From Centroscyllium fabricii (taxonomy: Eukaryota), in assembly GCA_051313645.2 (NCBI GenBank), contig JBNRSN020000007.1, positions 249,612,001-249,676,000 of the forward strand: DNA of 64,000 nt, written 5' to 3'. The stretch's first letter is position 1; each line of letters begins with the position of its first letter. Below the pieces are notes generated by a model that had not been told where the DNA came from, searched no databases, and saw only the letters and a list, made by a program, of their open reading frames with translations. The position numbers and the translations under genes are program-made. Below are positions 48,575 through 61,770 of the stretch, piece after piece.

Positions 48575-48945
48575 GGGCATTTCATTAACATATTTAATCG
48601 GGCTCCCACAGTGCAATTGAGAGTCTGATTTAAATTTAACAGTTGCCGTGTGGGTTTTTCAGGGCTCGGGATACCCAGCGCATGAAGATAAGTGACTTTT
48701 ACAGCACACCTTGTGGACCAGAAAGAGCATGAGTGCTCCCCCAAATCCTCAAGGAAGCCTTCGGCCTCCCCTCTGTCGATCTCACCCTCTCTCTCCGTCC
48801 TGCCAAGATCACCAACCTCACCCCTCCACAATCCCCGATCTCTCGCTTCCTCCCTTCTCCCAAGGGTCTTCCCACCCAGCAGCTGACCAGCCTGTCAATT
48901 AAGCCATCGGGTGGGAAACAGAAGAAAAAAATTATAATGACGTGC

Positions 48946-51295
48946 TAAGCTTGAATAAAGGAGACTATCAAGGTATGAGAGACGAATTGTTTAGAGTGGA
49001 TTGGGAAAACAGATTAAAGGGTAAGACGATACATGATCACGGTGTACATTTAAGGAGTTACTTTACAACTTCCAAAAAATATATATTCCACTGAGAAGAA
49101 AAGGGTGTAAAAGAAAAGACAGCCACCCATGGCTAAGCAAAAAAATTAAGGATAGTATTCGACAAAAAACAAGGGCATATAAGGTAGCCAAATCTAGTGG
49201 GAGGATAGAGGATTGGGAAAATTTTAAAAGACAGCAAAAAACAACAAAAAGATTGATTAAGAAAGGGAAGATAGATTATGAAAGTAAATTAGCAAAAAAT
49301 ATAAAAACAGATAGTAAGAGTTTCTATAGTTATATAAAAAGAAAAAGGGTGGCTAAAGTAAATGTAGGTCCCTTAGAGGATGAGACTGGGAAATTAATGG
49401 TGGGAAATATGGAGATGGCAAAAACACTGAATGAATATTTTGTATCAGTCTTTACAGTAGAGGACACTAAGAATATCCCAACACTGGACAAACAGGGGAC
49501 TATAGCGGGGAGGAGATAACCACGATCAAAATCACTGAGGAAGTGGTACTTGGTAAAATAATGGGGCTCAAGGCGGATAAATCACCTGGACCTGATGGCT
49601 TACACCCTAGGGTCTTGAGGGAAGTGGCGGTAGGGATTGTGGATGCATTGGTAATAATTTTCCAAAACTCCCTTGACTCAGCAAAGGTCCCGGCAGACTG
49701 GAAAACTGCTAATGTAACACCCTTATTTAAAAAGGGCAGTAGACAGAAGGCTGGAAACTATAGACCGGTTAGCTTAACACCTGTCGTAGGTAAAATTTTG
49801 GAGTCCATTATTAAGGAGACAGTAACAGGACATTTGGATAAACATAATTTAATAGGACAAAGTCAGCATGGTTTTATGAAGGGGAAATCTTGTTTGACAA
49901 ATTTGTTGGAGTTCTTTGAGGAAGTAACATATAGGGTAGATAAAGGGGAACCAGTGGACGTAGTGTATTTAGACTTTCAAAAGGCATTTGACAAGGTGCC
50001 ACACAAAAGATTATTGCGTAAAATAAAAAATCACAGAATTGGGGGTAATATTCTGGCATGGATAGAGGATTGGCTATCTAACAGAAGGCAGAGAGTTGGG
50101 ATAAATGGTTCATTCTCAGACTGGCAATCGGTAACTAGTGGTGTTCCGCAGGGGTCAGTGCTGGGTCCCCAACTCTTTACAACCTATATTAATGATTTGG
50201 AGGAGGGAACCAAGTGTAACATATCAAAGTTTGCAGATTACACTAAGATGGGAGGGAAAGTAATGAATGAGGAGGACATAAAAAACCTGCAAGGGAACAT
50301 AGACAGGCTAAGTAAGTGGGCAGAGATTTGGCAGATGGAATACAATACTGGAAAGTGTGAGGTTATGCACTTTGGCAGAAAAAATCATAGAGCAAGTTAT
50401 TATCTTAATGGCAAGAAACTGGAAAGTACTGTAGTACAAAGGGATCTGGGGGTCCTGGTGCACGAAACTCAAAAGGTTAGTATGCAGGTGCAGCAAGTGA
50501 TCAAGAAGGCCAATGGAATGTTGGCTTTCATTGCTAGGGGGATAGAATATAAAAATAGGGAGGTATTGCTTCAGTTGTACAAGGTATTCGTGAGACCGCA
50601 CCTGGAATACTGCATACAGTTTTGGTGTCCATACTTAAGAAAGGACATACTCACTCTCGAGTCAGTACAAAGAAGGTTCACTCGGTTAATCTCAGGGATG
50701 AGGGGTTGGACATATGAGGAGAGGTTGAGTAGATTGGGACTCTACTCATTGGAGTTCAGAAGAATGAGGGGCGATCTTATTGAAACATATAAGATTGTGA
50801 AGGGGTTGGATCGGGTGGTCGCGGGGATGATGTTCCCAATGATGGGTGAAACTAGAACTAGGGGGCATAATCTTAGAATAAGAGTCTGCTCTTTCAAAAC
50901 TGAGATGAGGAGAAACTACTTCACTCAGAGGGTAGTAGGTCCATGGAACATGCTGCCCCAAAAAGCTGTAGAAACTACATCATTACATACTTTTAAAACA
51001 GAAATAGACAGTTTCCTAGAAGTTAAAGGGATTAAGGGTTACGGGGAGTGGGCAGAAATTTGGACATGAGTCTAGGTTCAGATCGGTCATAGCCCTGTGG
51101 GTAGTGGAGCGGGCCCAGGGACCATGTAGCCTGACCCTGCTCCTATTTCGTCCGTCTAATTCTGTTAGATTCAGGAGATGGTTCTGTGTTAGTAGATTGG
51201 TGGTTAGGATCAGATCAGCCATGATCTTATTGAATGGGCTCGAGGGGCCAGTTGGCCTAGTCCTGCTCCTATTTCTTATGTTCTTATGTTCTTAT
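48946..51295 (+). mobile_element. CR1 LINE, 5'-truncated; 508-aa RT ORF 49543-51069
   Basis: All RT motifs (FADY instead of FADD); duplicated 3' UTR segment and (ttcttatg)n tail. Confidence 0.95.
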
Positions 51296-52271
51296 AGGTC
51301 CTGCTGTTAAATTTGGCAGGACCTCCATGTCCCCAGCCTTGGCAGGTTTTCCCCACGCTACGGCGCTCCCCCGCACCAGTAAATGTCGGGGCCTACAGCT
51401 CCGACTTTAGCCCAGGGCAGGAATTGGGCAGACAGGCAGGCACTAAGCTCAGCAACTTGAGGCCTGGGAGATTTAAACTCACGGGCTTCACCTCTCTGCC
51501 TCTGATCAGTTTCCTGCCCAAACTGCAGTGGGAAGTGACAGCTGGTTGACTGGCGGGAGCGCAATCTCGGGCAGCAAGAGGCCCAGGACTCAGGTAAGTT
51601 GATCGGAGTGGGGTCTGGAGCAGGGGAGGTCTAAACCCTACTTGTTGGGCCTGGAGCAGCTTTCCTGCTCCTCCTGGCCGCAAAAGGAAACTAAAAGAAA
51701 ATTTAAAATGATTTATCATTTTGAGCCTCTTCTCGCCCTGACTCGTCTTCCCACTAGGTTGGCCTGGCGGGAATGCCGCGATCCCTTTCCCGCACAGGCC
51801 AATGGTTAAGATAGCAATTGGACGTGTATATTTGAAGAGCGACTACAGCAGTTTCTGCCGGATGTCCTTCTCACCTGCGCAGGAGTAGTTTAAAATTGTA
51901 GCGTTGGACGTCGGCGGGTTAGTCCCACTGGCTCTTTAACTGCCTGCCCGCCCTGTTTCTGCCAGGTGGGCAGGGTTAAAATCGCCTCTATGTCAACATT
52001 GGATAGGTGGATGAAGAAAAAGGGGCATAGGAACAGGGTGGGTAAATGTGATTAAAACTATTTGCTTGCATGGAGAGTAAACACTAACACAAACTAGTTG
52101 AGCCAAATGGCTTGTTTCCATTCTGTAACTTCTATGTATTTTTATCGATTTCATTGCAAAAGGTACAAAGATTACAAAAGGGGTAAGGGTTAGGGAGGGT
52201 CGCAGCAGAGCTGGGGGCCTGGCTTAGGAGAAATCTCTTTTTAAATTTCATTAAGGCAAAGTTTTCAACAT

Positions 52272-52517
52272 TATGGTAACCGTAATTACCAGTGTATATA
52301 TATGGATGTGCTCACCTTCAACTCTGTACATTGCGTGCAAGGCCAGGTCAGCCACACCTCTAACTCCTCCCCTCAGATGGGAGCATATAGGTGAGGGCCG
52401 CCCTGCCCCCGCTCATTCTCGCCTTGAACTCGACAGGAGACTAGCTCCATTGTAAGTGAATAAAAGCCTATAGTTTGGGTAACTACTCGTCTTTTGTGTT
52501 TGATTGACGATACGTCA
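52272..52517 (+). mobile_element. Solo LTR (246 bp)
   Basis: tatggtaacc..tacgtca; TSD AACAT at 52267-52271 and 52518-52522; gtgaataaaagcc motif shared with the other short LTRs. Confidence 0.82.
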
Positions 52518-53074
52518 AACATCTAAATTCACCTGGTATAAGGAATACATTTATTTCAATGGTTTCTCTTGTTGCAGGTTCTCCTAGATCCTGGCCTCTT
52601 TGCTAGCTCTATATTTAGATCCAAATTTAGATGCAGTGCCTCTTATATTTCCTAGTATTTGTGTTGTATTTTAGATTTTTTTTGGTAGTTTCTATATATA
52701 GTTGGAGGCACACCCCTGGTTCTCAGTTATAGTGCAAAATGTTTATTTGAACCCATTCTCTGTTTAAATTTTTACACCTGGGTCCAATTGCTCCACTCCT
52801 TCCCGGTGACGCTGAACTTCACTTCAATGTCCTGGTTATCATGCAATAGTTCAAATCATTCCAGTTTGCTTTAAATCCCATCGAACCAGAGAAAAACATC
52901 CCCAAATAACAGATAAAAACCTGGAAAACTGGGTATTTGCGATCCGGTTCAAATTGAAAATTAATAACTCGGACTGTCTGGCTGAAAAACCGGTTAAGTG
53001 TCAACCCTAACGGGGGTCCTGTCCTACATAGACAGAAGCGGGGAGATCGTAAGCAGTTAGCTTCTACTGATGAG

Positions 53075-53310
53075 ATAAAGCAAGAAAACTGTGAATGTTG
53101 GAAATCTGAAGCGAAAGTAGAAAATACACAGCACATCAGTCAGCATCTGCATGGGAAAGAGAAGGTTAATATTTAGAGTATGACCTTTTATCCACAGAGG
53201 TTCTCATTAAGGGTTTTATCTAAGACATTAACCTTTCTTTCTCTTGCATATGCTGATTGACCTGCTGTACATTTCCAGAATGTTCTGCTTTTACTTCTGC
53301 TTATTCCGAT
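53075..53310. repeat. Two Penelope terminal-repeat fragments in inverted orientation
   Basis: cacatcagtcagcatctgcatgggaaagagaaggttaat / attaacctttctttctcttgcatatgctgattgacctgctg. Confidence 0.65.
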
Positions 53311-53511
53311 GATTTTGGAATTGCAATTAAGCCCACTGACCAGTTCCAACCCAAATCCTTCCAAGACAATAAACAGAAATTCTGCACTATACCTGGTCAA
53401 AAGCCTTTTTGCCACCCAGAGACCTTTGGACTAAAATCATAGAAATTATAGCACAGAAGAAAGCTTTTTAGCTCGCCATGATTGAGCTGGAATTAACTGT
53501 TCTTTCCACAG

Positions 53512-53546
53512 AGGCTCTTGGCTTTGTTTCCGAGTGCAGACAATTG
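53512..53546 (+). CDS. Candidate host exon (phase 2-1): GSWLCFRVQTI; alternatively terminal, reading to TGA at 53578
   Basis: tgttctttccacag acceptor; gtatat donor at 53547; AATAAA near 53955 supports the terminal alternative. All three frames are open to the donor, so the frame is inferred from neighbours. Confidence 0.4.
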
Positions 53547-54071
53547 GTATATATCATCATGATGATGATAATGTTTGAAAACTTCTGAAGGAATACTTGA
53601 TGACATCAATGTCAATCATGCATCTCTATAGTTGTTTCAATCCCAAGTTGCCTGCACTTATCGTTTAGGCATGATAATAACTTGTTTTTCTACCCACTTT
53701 TAACTGAGCTTTAATTTCTAAAGCATGTCTTGCATTTTGCCCTATAGCTAACCCACATTTACTGTTGGTGCTTTGCAGATTAAATTGTACTATATTTTAA
53801 TTATATTGTATGTATACTGTAAGAATATACAGTATACAGACTTTCTATTCTGAACTGTATCGATGAATTTTTTAAGCAATTCTATATGTCATATGGTTTG
53901 TTTATTTTTGTACTCTTGCCCTTTAGATAGCAGTATAGAAAAGTTTTTTGTAACAAATAAAGTAAGAGCCAGAAATACAAAATTTATATTAAATTACTTT
54001 TGACTTTAGATGTTTGGCTGAGTGATTTGATGAGTCACATTTTTAGATTGATATCCAATTTTATTTTGAAG

Positions 54072-54132
54072 CGGATATCATCAATGGCGAAAAGATGATG
54101 GGCAAAAGAGCGACATGCCAATATAGACATAA
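54072..54132 (+). CDS. Candidate host exon (phase 1-2): DIINGEKMMGKRATCQYRH
   Basis: ttttattttgaag acceptor, gtaagc donor; only phase 1 is open. Confidence 0.4.
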
Positions 54133-54637
54133 GTAAGCATTATAACTTGGATTGTGAGCACAAAATTGAATGATATGAGTGTGGACAAAGAGGATCAATT
54201 GTTCTGGTGAGACCATGGAAATCAATTGGTCAGGATTGAATAATACATATTATTAGGTTAGATTCATGTGCTGGAGCTGTGATTGATTACCTTTGGGATC
54301 AGGGAGAAATCGTATCGAACTTTCCCTCTGCAGATTATATAGATTGGATAACTCATCCAAGCAATGCATCCTAACACTCTATTTGCTTTTGCTGTAGCCT
54401 CGCAGCACTGATTGTTAACTTTTAGATATTCCAAGGTATCTTTTCCTCTCAGCAGTCTTTAGTTCATAACTTGCATGCGATATTATTATGTATATATGAT
54501 TGTTTTGGCATTGGCCCTACCCACGTGTGTAACACTACAATTATTTACATTAAATGTCATCTGTCAGACATGTGTCTATTGCCCCATCATATCTAGCTCT
54601 GATTATAGTTTTTTTCTCATCCAAAGTTCTAACTATT

Positions 54638-56670
54638 GGCCGGAATTTTCCGAGGGTCAGCGGGTGGGATTGGTGGCGTGTCAGGTGGGAAATTTGATTT
54701 ATTTGACAGCTGGCATCCCGGCGCAATGCAACGCGCCTTTCTCAATGGTGCGTCTGTGATTTGCAGAGGCGGGCGACCCAATTACAGCAATTATTGGCTT
54801 GTTGACAGACCCTCAATAATGGTTTTAACCTTACCTTTTAACTGCTTACCTATGGGGTCCACGCTGCTCATGAACCACGTCTGTTAACCTGAGCTGGGAG
54901 TTGATTGGTTGATTAGTTGACAGCTTGAAATGTACTATAAAAGCTGTTCACTTTCCTAGCTCAGAAACTGTTGCTTACTCCATTTGGAACACAGATTGAG
55001 CTTTATGCAGGCTGCAAGTGTTTGGAGCAAACTCTCCATCTGGTATTACCTCATTGGAACAACCGCTCTCACCATTGACAGATTGCTTCTGTCATCTCAA
55101 CTACACCTGCCAGCTATGTCATCAGCATGGCTACCGTTTATACTGTTTCACCTTGGTCCTCAGAATCTGACCCTGAGCAGCCCCAACACCAGCAGCACCA
55201 GACACACCACCAATACCAACAACAACAACAACCTTCTCCGCAATCACCTGAAGCTGCACAGAACAGAGGGCATCAGCACCTGAGCACATTGCCACTTGGG
55301 AGGCCAGGGGTGGCCTCACCATGGTCAGATTTACTTCACTTGACACTGTACACTGTACACCCTGCTTGCCACATGATGCGCCAGGTTGGCAGCACCCCAC
55401 ACCAACAACATAAAGCATCTCTACAATGTCCAAGTCATTCCTTTCACACTCATCACCATTGGTGGGGTGATGGTGGGGGCGGCAGGATGTGGGGGGCGGG
55501 TAGCGTTATGTCTCATTATTCACTGCAACTCACTAAGCCACTTCCAAAGGTGCACACAAATCTGTCCAAGAATGCAAAGTGTTTGTGGTAAACCACAATA
55601 CGGTTTACCACCATATATCCGCTGTTGTATATAGTTACTTGCAATACCATTCACCACCACTGTTTGTAACCTCGGTTCTCGGAGGACTCGGTCAGTGCTG
55701 GCTCCACCCACATTCCGAGTATAAAGCCAGCGGCTGCTGAGTTTTCTCCATTTTCCCCTGGACTCGACTGTGGAAGGAGCCAGGCTCAAATCACTGCTAA
55801 TAAAAGCCTTAGTTGAACCTCAACCAGTCTTTGAGTTTAATTGATCATGCATCAGTGTTGAAAATAAAGATTTCAATGTTTGACAGCACATTAACAGAAA
55901 CTTTACATAAACATTGGATAAAATACCCAAATGGCAACCCTTGCGTGTTGTTAGTTGGTATGATTGCACTTGGATGAGGGTGAGTGTGAGGGGTGGCTCA
56001 TGAGATGGGGATGTGATAATGTAGATAAAGAAAGAGGGATGGGTGGAGGTACAAGGTATGTTGGTGTGAATAAGGATGTGCAGGTGTAGGGTAGGGAAGG
56101 CAGAGCGATGGGGATATGATATGGGACACAGGAGTGTGGCTTTGTACTCATGTTTCCTGATCTAATAAGATAATTGAAAGGTTTGCGCCACTGCACTCAG
56201 GTCCTCCTGATGACATCCCTGCTTGTGCCCTCCTGTGTAATGTGCAACCAGGCTGTGTTCGTCTCCAGTGGAGGTCTCTTCCGCCCATCGAAAAGGAAGA
56301 GGACCTGCCTGTGTGCTCTGACTCCCTCCATAAGCATATGGAGGGAATCATGGGAGAACTGGGTGCAGCCCAGCACTTCTGTGCAGTGATTGTCAGTGTT
56401 TGCAGCACATCAATGCTGTAGAACACTGAAAGCACAAACTTCAAAAGTAAGGTGGCCATGGTCCCTTTAAGGAAACCAGCTGAAAACATGTCATGAATTA
56501 CATCACCATACCCACTCCATCTAATTAGGCCAAGAAACGCACTGGGCAGGCTTAACAAGCCCCATTGAGGTAAGTTCATCTTAGGCAACAGGATGGAGCC
56601 AGCAGCGGGGCAGTGTCCCGCCACCAACATCAGCTGCACCAGACCCGCCAAGGTGAGCATAGTCTTGGCC
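54638..56670 (+). mobile_element. Internally deleted Harbinger related to 17680-25283
   Basis: ggccggaattttc left TIR; keeps the Q/H-rich transposase start (55127-55280) and the Myb first exon (about 56150-56400, minus); the middle is missing. Confidence 0.8.
55584..55854 (+). mobile_element. Solo LTR (271 bp)
   Basis: tgtggtaaacc..gcatca; TSD GTGTT at 55579-55583 and 55855-55859; TATAAA and AATAAA. Confidence 0.9.
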
Positions 56671-56864
56671 AGAGGAACTTGTGAACAGTTCCTCCAACAC
56701 CTTCATCCAGATCATTAGTATGGATAGCGAAGAGCAATGGTTTTAAAACTATCCCTGTGGGACTGGACTTGTAACCAGTCTCCAGGCAGAACCACTACAA
56801 TTAATGACAAAGCTATGAGAATGTAACCAATTCTTTATCCAACCAGAGGCTGGGTACTCTTCAG

Positions 56865-58084
56865 TGAGTGTTTGCTAGTGCTGTTGGGGAGGGTTTAAAC
56901 TAAAATGGCAGGGGGTTGGGAACCTGTGCAGGGAGACAGGGAAGCAAAGATAGAAACAAAAGACAGGAAGGAGAAAAACAAAAGTGGAAGGCAAAGAAAT
57001 CAAGTGTATAAATCAAACAGGGCCACAGTAAATAATAATTCTAAAAGGACTAAGAGTGTTAAAAAAACAAGCCTGAAGGCATTGTGTCTTAATGCAAGGA
57101 GCATTTGTAATAAGGTGGATGAATTAGCTGCGCAAATAGGTGTAAACTGATATGATATTATTGGGATTACGGAGACATGGTTCCAGGGTGATCAAGGCTG
57201 GGAATTCAACATCCAGAGGTATTCAATATTCAGGAAGGACAGGCAAAAAGGAAAAGGAGGTGGGGCAGCATTGCTGGTTAAAGAGGAGATTAACACAATC
57301 GTAAGGAAGGATATTAGCTCTGATGATGTGGAATCTGCATGGGTAGAGCTGAGAAATACCAAGGGGCACAAAAGGATAGTGGGAGTTGTATACAGACCCA
57401 CAACAGTAATGCTGAGTTTGGGGATGGCATTAAACAGGAAATTAGAGATGCGTGCAATAAGGGCACAGGAGTTTACATGGGTGACTTTAATCTACATATA
57501 GATTGGGCTAAACAAATTAGTAATAATACTGCAGTTGGAGGAATTCCTAGAGTGTATACCGGATGGTTTCCTAGATCAATATGTCGAGGAAACAATTATA
57601 GATGAGGCCATCTTAGACTGGGTATTATGTAATGAGAAAGGATTGATTAACAATCTTGTTGTGTGAGGCCCCTTGGGGAGGAGCAATCATGATATGATAG
57701 AGTGGCAATAGATTGGGAGAAAGGGTAGTGCAACTAGACCTGGGTGTCCTTGTTTACCAGTCGCTGAAGGTAAGCATGCAAGTGCAGCAGGCGCTTAAGA
57801 AGGTAAATGGTATGTTGGCCTTCACAGCGAGGAGACTCGAGTACAGGAGCAAGGATGTCTTGCAGCAGTTGTACAGAGCCTTGGTGAGACCACACCTTGA
57901 GTATTGTGTGCAGATTGGTCACCTTATCTGAGGAAGGTTGTTCTTGTCATGGCAGGAGTGCAGCGAAGATTCACCAGACTGATACCTGGGATGGCAGGAA
58001 TGACGTATGAGGAGAGATTGGGTCAATTGGGCTTATATTCACTGGAGTGCAGAAGAATGAGAGGGGATCCCATTGAAACTTATT
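56865..58084 (+). mobile_element. CR1 with a large internal deletion (APE region joined at about 57700 to the RT C-terminus)
   Basis: CLNARSICNKVDEL..ESAWVELRN, then directly DLGVLV..LYRALVRPHLEYCVQ. Confidence 0.85.
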
Positions 58085-58475
58085 GGGCCAGAAATTCGGG
58101 TCCCCACGGGTGAGTACACGCTGTGTACACACTGGGTACTCACGCGTAGAGCCAACAAAAGTGTCAGTTTCGTGCATGCACTGCGCATGCGCTGGAAACC
58201 GGAACTTCTGTTCCCTTGAAGGAAGGGATTCACAGGTCAAACGCCTGAGTACGCCTGGACCTTCTGATTTCTTTTACATGTTTCTCCATGTGGGTATGTC
58301 CCTAGCAGCTGCGCATGAGAAAAGCAGTCGCAGGGCCTGCTTTTAAGAAGGTACGAGGTTAATTAAGTAAAATTTAAACATTTTTTCCACAGGTTTATCA
58401 TTTTAAAATACTTCAAAGGAACGTAAGTTTATTTTTAGCCCCGTTAAGTACTTTAATTAATTTTTTCAAAAATGT
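58085..58475. mobile_element. Family A MITE, 3'-truncated
   Basis: gggccagaaattcgggtccccacgggtgagtacac matches 3536. Confidence 0.8.
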
Positions 58476-59190
58476 AGTTCCCTCGTCTAGATCATTGATA
58501 TATATTGTGAATAGCTGGGGTCCTAGCACCAACCCCTGTGGTACCCCTCTAGTCAATGCCCATCACTCAGAAAAAGAGCCGTTTATTCCAACCAGTTCTC
58601 TATCCAAGTCAGTACCTTACCCCCAATCCCATGTGCTTTAACTTTACACACTAATCTCTTATGTGGGACCTTATTGAAAGCCTTCTGAAAGGAATATTCT
58701 CTGCTTGCCTGGATGGGTGCAACTGCAACAACACTCAAGAAGATCGACTTCATCCACCATGACAAAGTAATCCGTCAACCACCTTAAACATGCACTCTTT
58801 CCACCACCAGCATATCGTGTCTGCAGTCTGTACTATACACAGGATGTACAGCAGCAACTCGCCAAGGCTTCTTCAACAGCACCCCCAAGATCCTTAACTT
58901 CCACCACCTAGAAGGATAAGGAAAGCAAGTGCATATGAACACCATCACCTCCAAGTCCCCTCCAAGTCACACACCATCCCGACATGGACATTTATCGCCG
59001 TTCCTTCATGGTTGCTGAGTCATATTCCTGGAACTCCTTACCTAACAGCACTGCAGTAGTACTTTCACCACATGGACTGCAGTGGTTCAAGAAGAAAGCT
59101 CACCATCACCATCTTAGGAGAACTAAAGTTTGACAATGAATGCAAGCCTTGCTACAAACACCCATATCGCCAGAATGAAAAAAGAAGGAA
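58476..59190. mobile_element. CR1 RT fragment (minus, 58476-58690) and a 3' fragment of the second CR1-clade lineage (plus, 58695-59190)
   Basis: FQKAFNKVPHKRL..WIENWL; the plus part matches the reverse complement of 43900-44390. Confidence 0.75.
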
Positions 59191-59459
59191 AGACTGCAGA
59201 GAAACTGGCAATGTTTCCATTGGAGAAAAAGGAGGCTCCTGTGAGAACTTAAAGTTTTCACATTTCTAAAGGGTACAGAAATGCTGAACCTGAATAATTA
59301 ACCAGAAACTCTGCAACCAGAGGTACAGATTCAAGTTCAGAAGAGAGATGGTGAACTGTTTAGATTTATCTGCTTCACATAAAGGATGGTGAATCTGAAA
59401 AACAGACATTCAGGAGGCATTTGAGGCAGAGAGTGTCAGCATATTCAAGATGGAGTGAG

Positions 59460-61265
59460 CACTGTTGCCTCACAGTACTAGAGACCCGGGTGTGGACTGA
59501 GGTGGAGACTTGAGCTCTCCGCTTTCAATTACAATATCTTGTACCGGCCCGGGAAATTCAATGAGCCCCCAGATGCCCTATCACGCGGTACATGTGCCAG
59601 CGTACAAGTAGACCGTCTCCAAACCCTGCACAACGACCTCTGCCACCCGGGGGTCACCAGGTTGGTCCACTTCGTTAAGTCCCGCAACCTCCCCTACTCC
59701 ATCAAGGAGTCAAGACCATGACCAGGAACTGCCAGGTCTGTGCGGAGTGCAAGCCGCACTTCTTTCGGCCAGACCGGGCGCACCTGATCAAGGCCACCCG
59801 CCCCTTTGAGCAACTCAGTGTCGATTTTAAAGGGCCCCTCCCCTCGTCCAACCGAAACGTGTACTTTCTGAACGTCATCGACGAGTACTCGTGTTTCCCC
59901 TTCGCCATCCCCTGCCCGGACATGACCTCCGCCACCATCATCAGGGCACTCCACAGCATTTTCTCCCTGTTCGGCTACCCCAGCTACATCCATAGCGACC
60001 GGGGGGCCTCTTTCATGAGTGACGAGCTGCGTCAGTTCCTGCTAGCCAAGGGCATCGCTACTAGCAGGACTACCAGCTATAACCCCCGGGGGAACAGACA
60101 GGTAGAGAGGGAGAACTCCACCATCTGGAAGGCCATCCTGTTAGCCCTACGGTCTAAAGGCCTCCCAGTCTCCCGCTGGCAGGACGTCTTCCCCGAAGCG
60201 CTCCACTCCATCCGGTCACTCCTCTGTACGGCCACCAACGCCACCCCTCACGAGCGACTTTTTGCCTTCCCTAGGAAGTCGGCTTCCGGGACCTCGCTGC
60301 CGTCATGGCTATCGTCCCCAGGACCAGTCCTACTCCGGAAGCACGTGAGAGGCCACAAGTCGGACCCCCTGGTCGAACGGGTCCACCTCCTGCACGCCAA
60401 CCCCCAGTACGCCTACGTGGCGTACCCCGACGGGAGGGCACCACAAGGGCACCGCAAGGGCACCAACGAGGGACCGAACGCCCACTGCTACCGACTCAAC
60501 AGCCAACGGTGCGCCCGCCGACTCCACCACCAGCGGTGCGCCGATCAACCAGAGAAACCAGGCCGCCCGACAGGCTGGACTTAAAAATAAAATTAAAAAA
60601 TTTAAACTGTCGCATTCGCCCCGCCGGACTTTTGTTTTAAAGAAGTGGTAAATATGGTAAACCACTTTGTAATATATATATGTATATATCTCTGTAACCA
60701 TGCTGTACATAGTTCACTGTGTATTGATACCTGGGCATGCCCATGCTGGCCCCGCCTGTGACTCCTCCTCCCCAGGACCAGGTACATAAGCGGCCGTCTC
60801 CCTTCCCCCAGCGATTCCTGGGGACGGTAGACTAGCTGGTGCATGCCCAGCTTTAGCTAATAAAAGCCGATTGTTTCACCTCTTAATATCTCGTCTCCGA
60901 GGTCGTTAATTCGGTAACACCGGGTTCAAATCCAGCCTCGGGTACTATCTGTGTGGAGTTTGCACATTCTCCCCGTGTCTGCGTGGGTTTCCTCCGGGTG
61001 CTCCGGTTTCCTCCCACAGTCCAAAGATGTGCGGGTTAGTTTGACTGGCCATGATAAATTGACCCTTAGTGTTAGGGGGATTGAATGTGTGGGGTTATGG
61101 GAATAGGGTGGGATATGTGTCGGTGCAGGCTCGATAGGGATCGAGGGATATGGGGAGAAGGCAGGGACAGGGTTTGGATGATCAGCCATGATCTCATTGA
61201 ATGGCAGAGCAGGCTCGAAGGGCCGAATGGCCTACTCCTGCTCCTATCTTCTATGTTTCTATGGA
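59460..61265 (+). mobile_element. V-SINE (HE1-like) split in its tRNA head by a Gypsy insertion
   Basis: gcctcacagtactagagacccggg [Gypsy] ccgggttcaaatccagcctcgg.. followed by V-domain and CR1 tail. Confidence 0.85.
59491..60919 (+). mobile_element. Deleted Gypsy provirus (integrase + 3' LTR 60653-60919)
   Basis: TSD CCGGG at 59486-59490 and 60920-60924; INT ORF 59718-60584 nearly identical in protein to 32556-34325; PPT aaagaagtggtaaa. Confidence 0.92.
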
Positions 61266-61484
61266 TAATTTTCTTTTGTCCAAAATAGCAACTGAAAATT
61301 ATAAGAATATAGGATGATATTTCTGAACTTTCGGACTGGTCTTTTCTAATCCTGTACATCCCTATGTTCCGATATAAAATCTCACATGTAATTTCAAAAG
61401 GCATAGTGGTGAGGAATAAAGTTGCTAATTTTGATTTGAAAACAATTTCACATGTGCAGTTGTTTTTCTATTATCTAATCTCAG

Positions 61485-61560
61485 CACCGAGGACCCTGAA
61501 GCACTGTTGACTGTGATGGAGCTCAATTATTACTACTTGAGTTGCAGTGATAAATGTTAT
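61485..61560 (+). CDS. Weak candidate host exon (phase 2 start): TEDPEALLTVMELNYYYLSCSDK..
   Basis: ttatctaatctcag acceptor and an open phase-2 frame; 3' end undefined and runs into an L2-like tail. Confidence 0.25.
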
Positions 61561-61770
61561 GAATTAGAAAGATGCCAACTTGCATTTAGATAGCAACTTT
61601 AACATAAAGAATGTCCAAAGTGTTTCACAGATAGGTGTAAAGAAAGAGTTGGGAAGGGGAGAGCTGTTCCAAAGCTTGGCCAAAGAGATGGATTTTGAGA
61701 AAGTCTTTAAAGCAGATAGGGAAGATTAGGTCAATAGGCAAAGATAAGCAGACAGGGTTCATTACACTAT

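Larger units (their letters stand above)
48141..51990. mobile_element. MITE-like DNA element(s) split by a solo LTR and a CR1
   Basis: gatattaacccc.. left end and ..gggttaaaatcgcc right end; GC-rich bodies 48141-48945 and 51296-51990. Pairing of the two halves is tentative. Confidence 0.45.
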
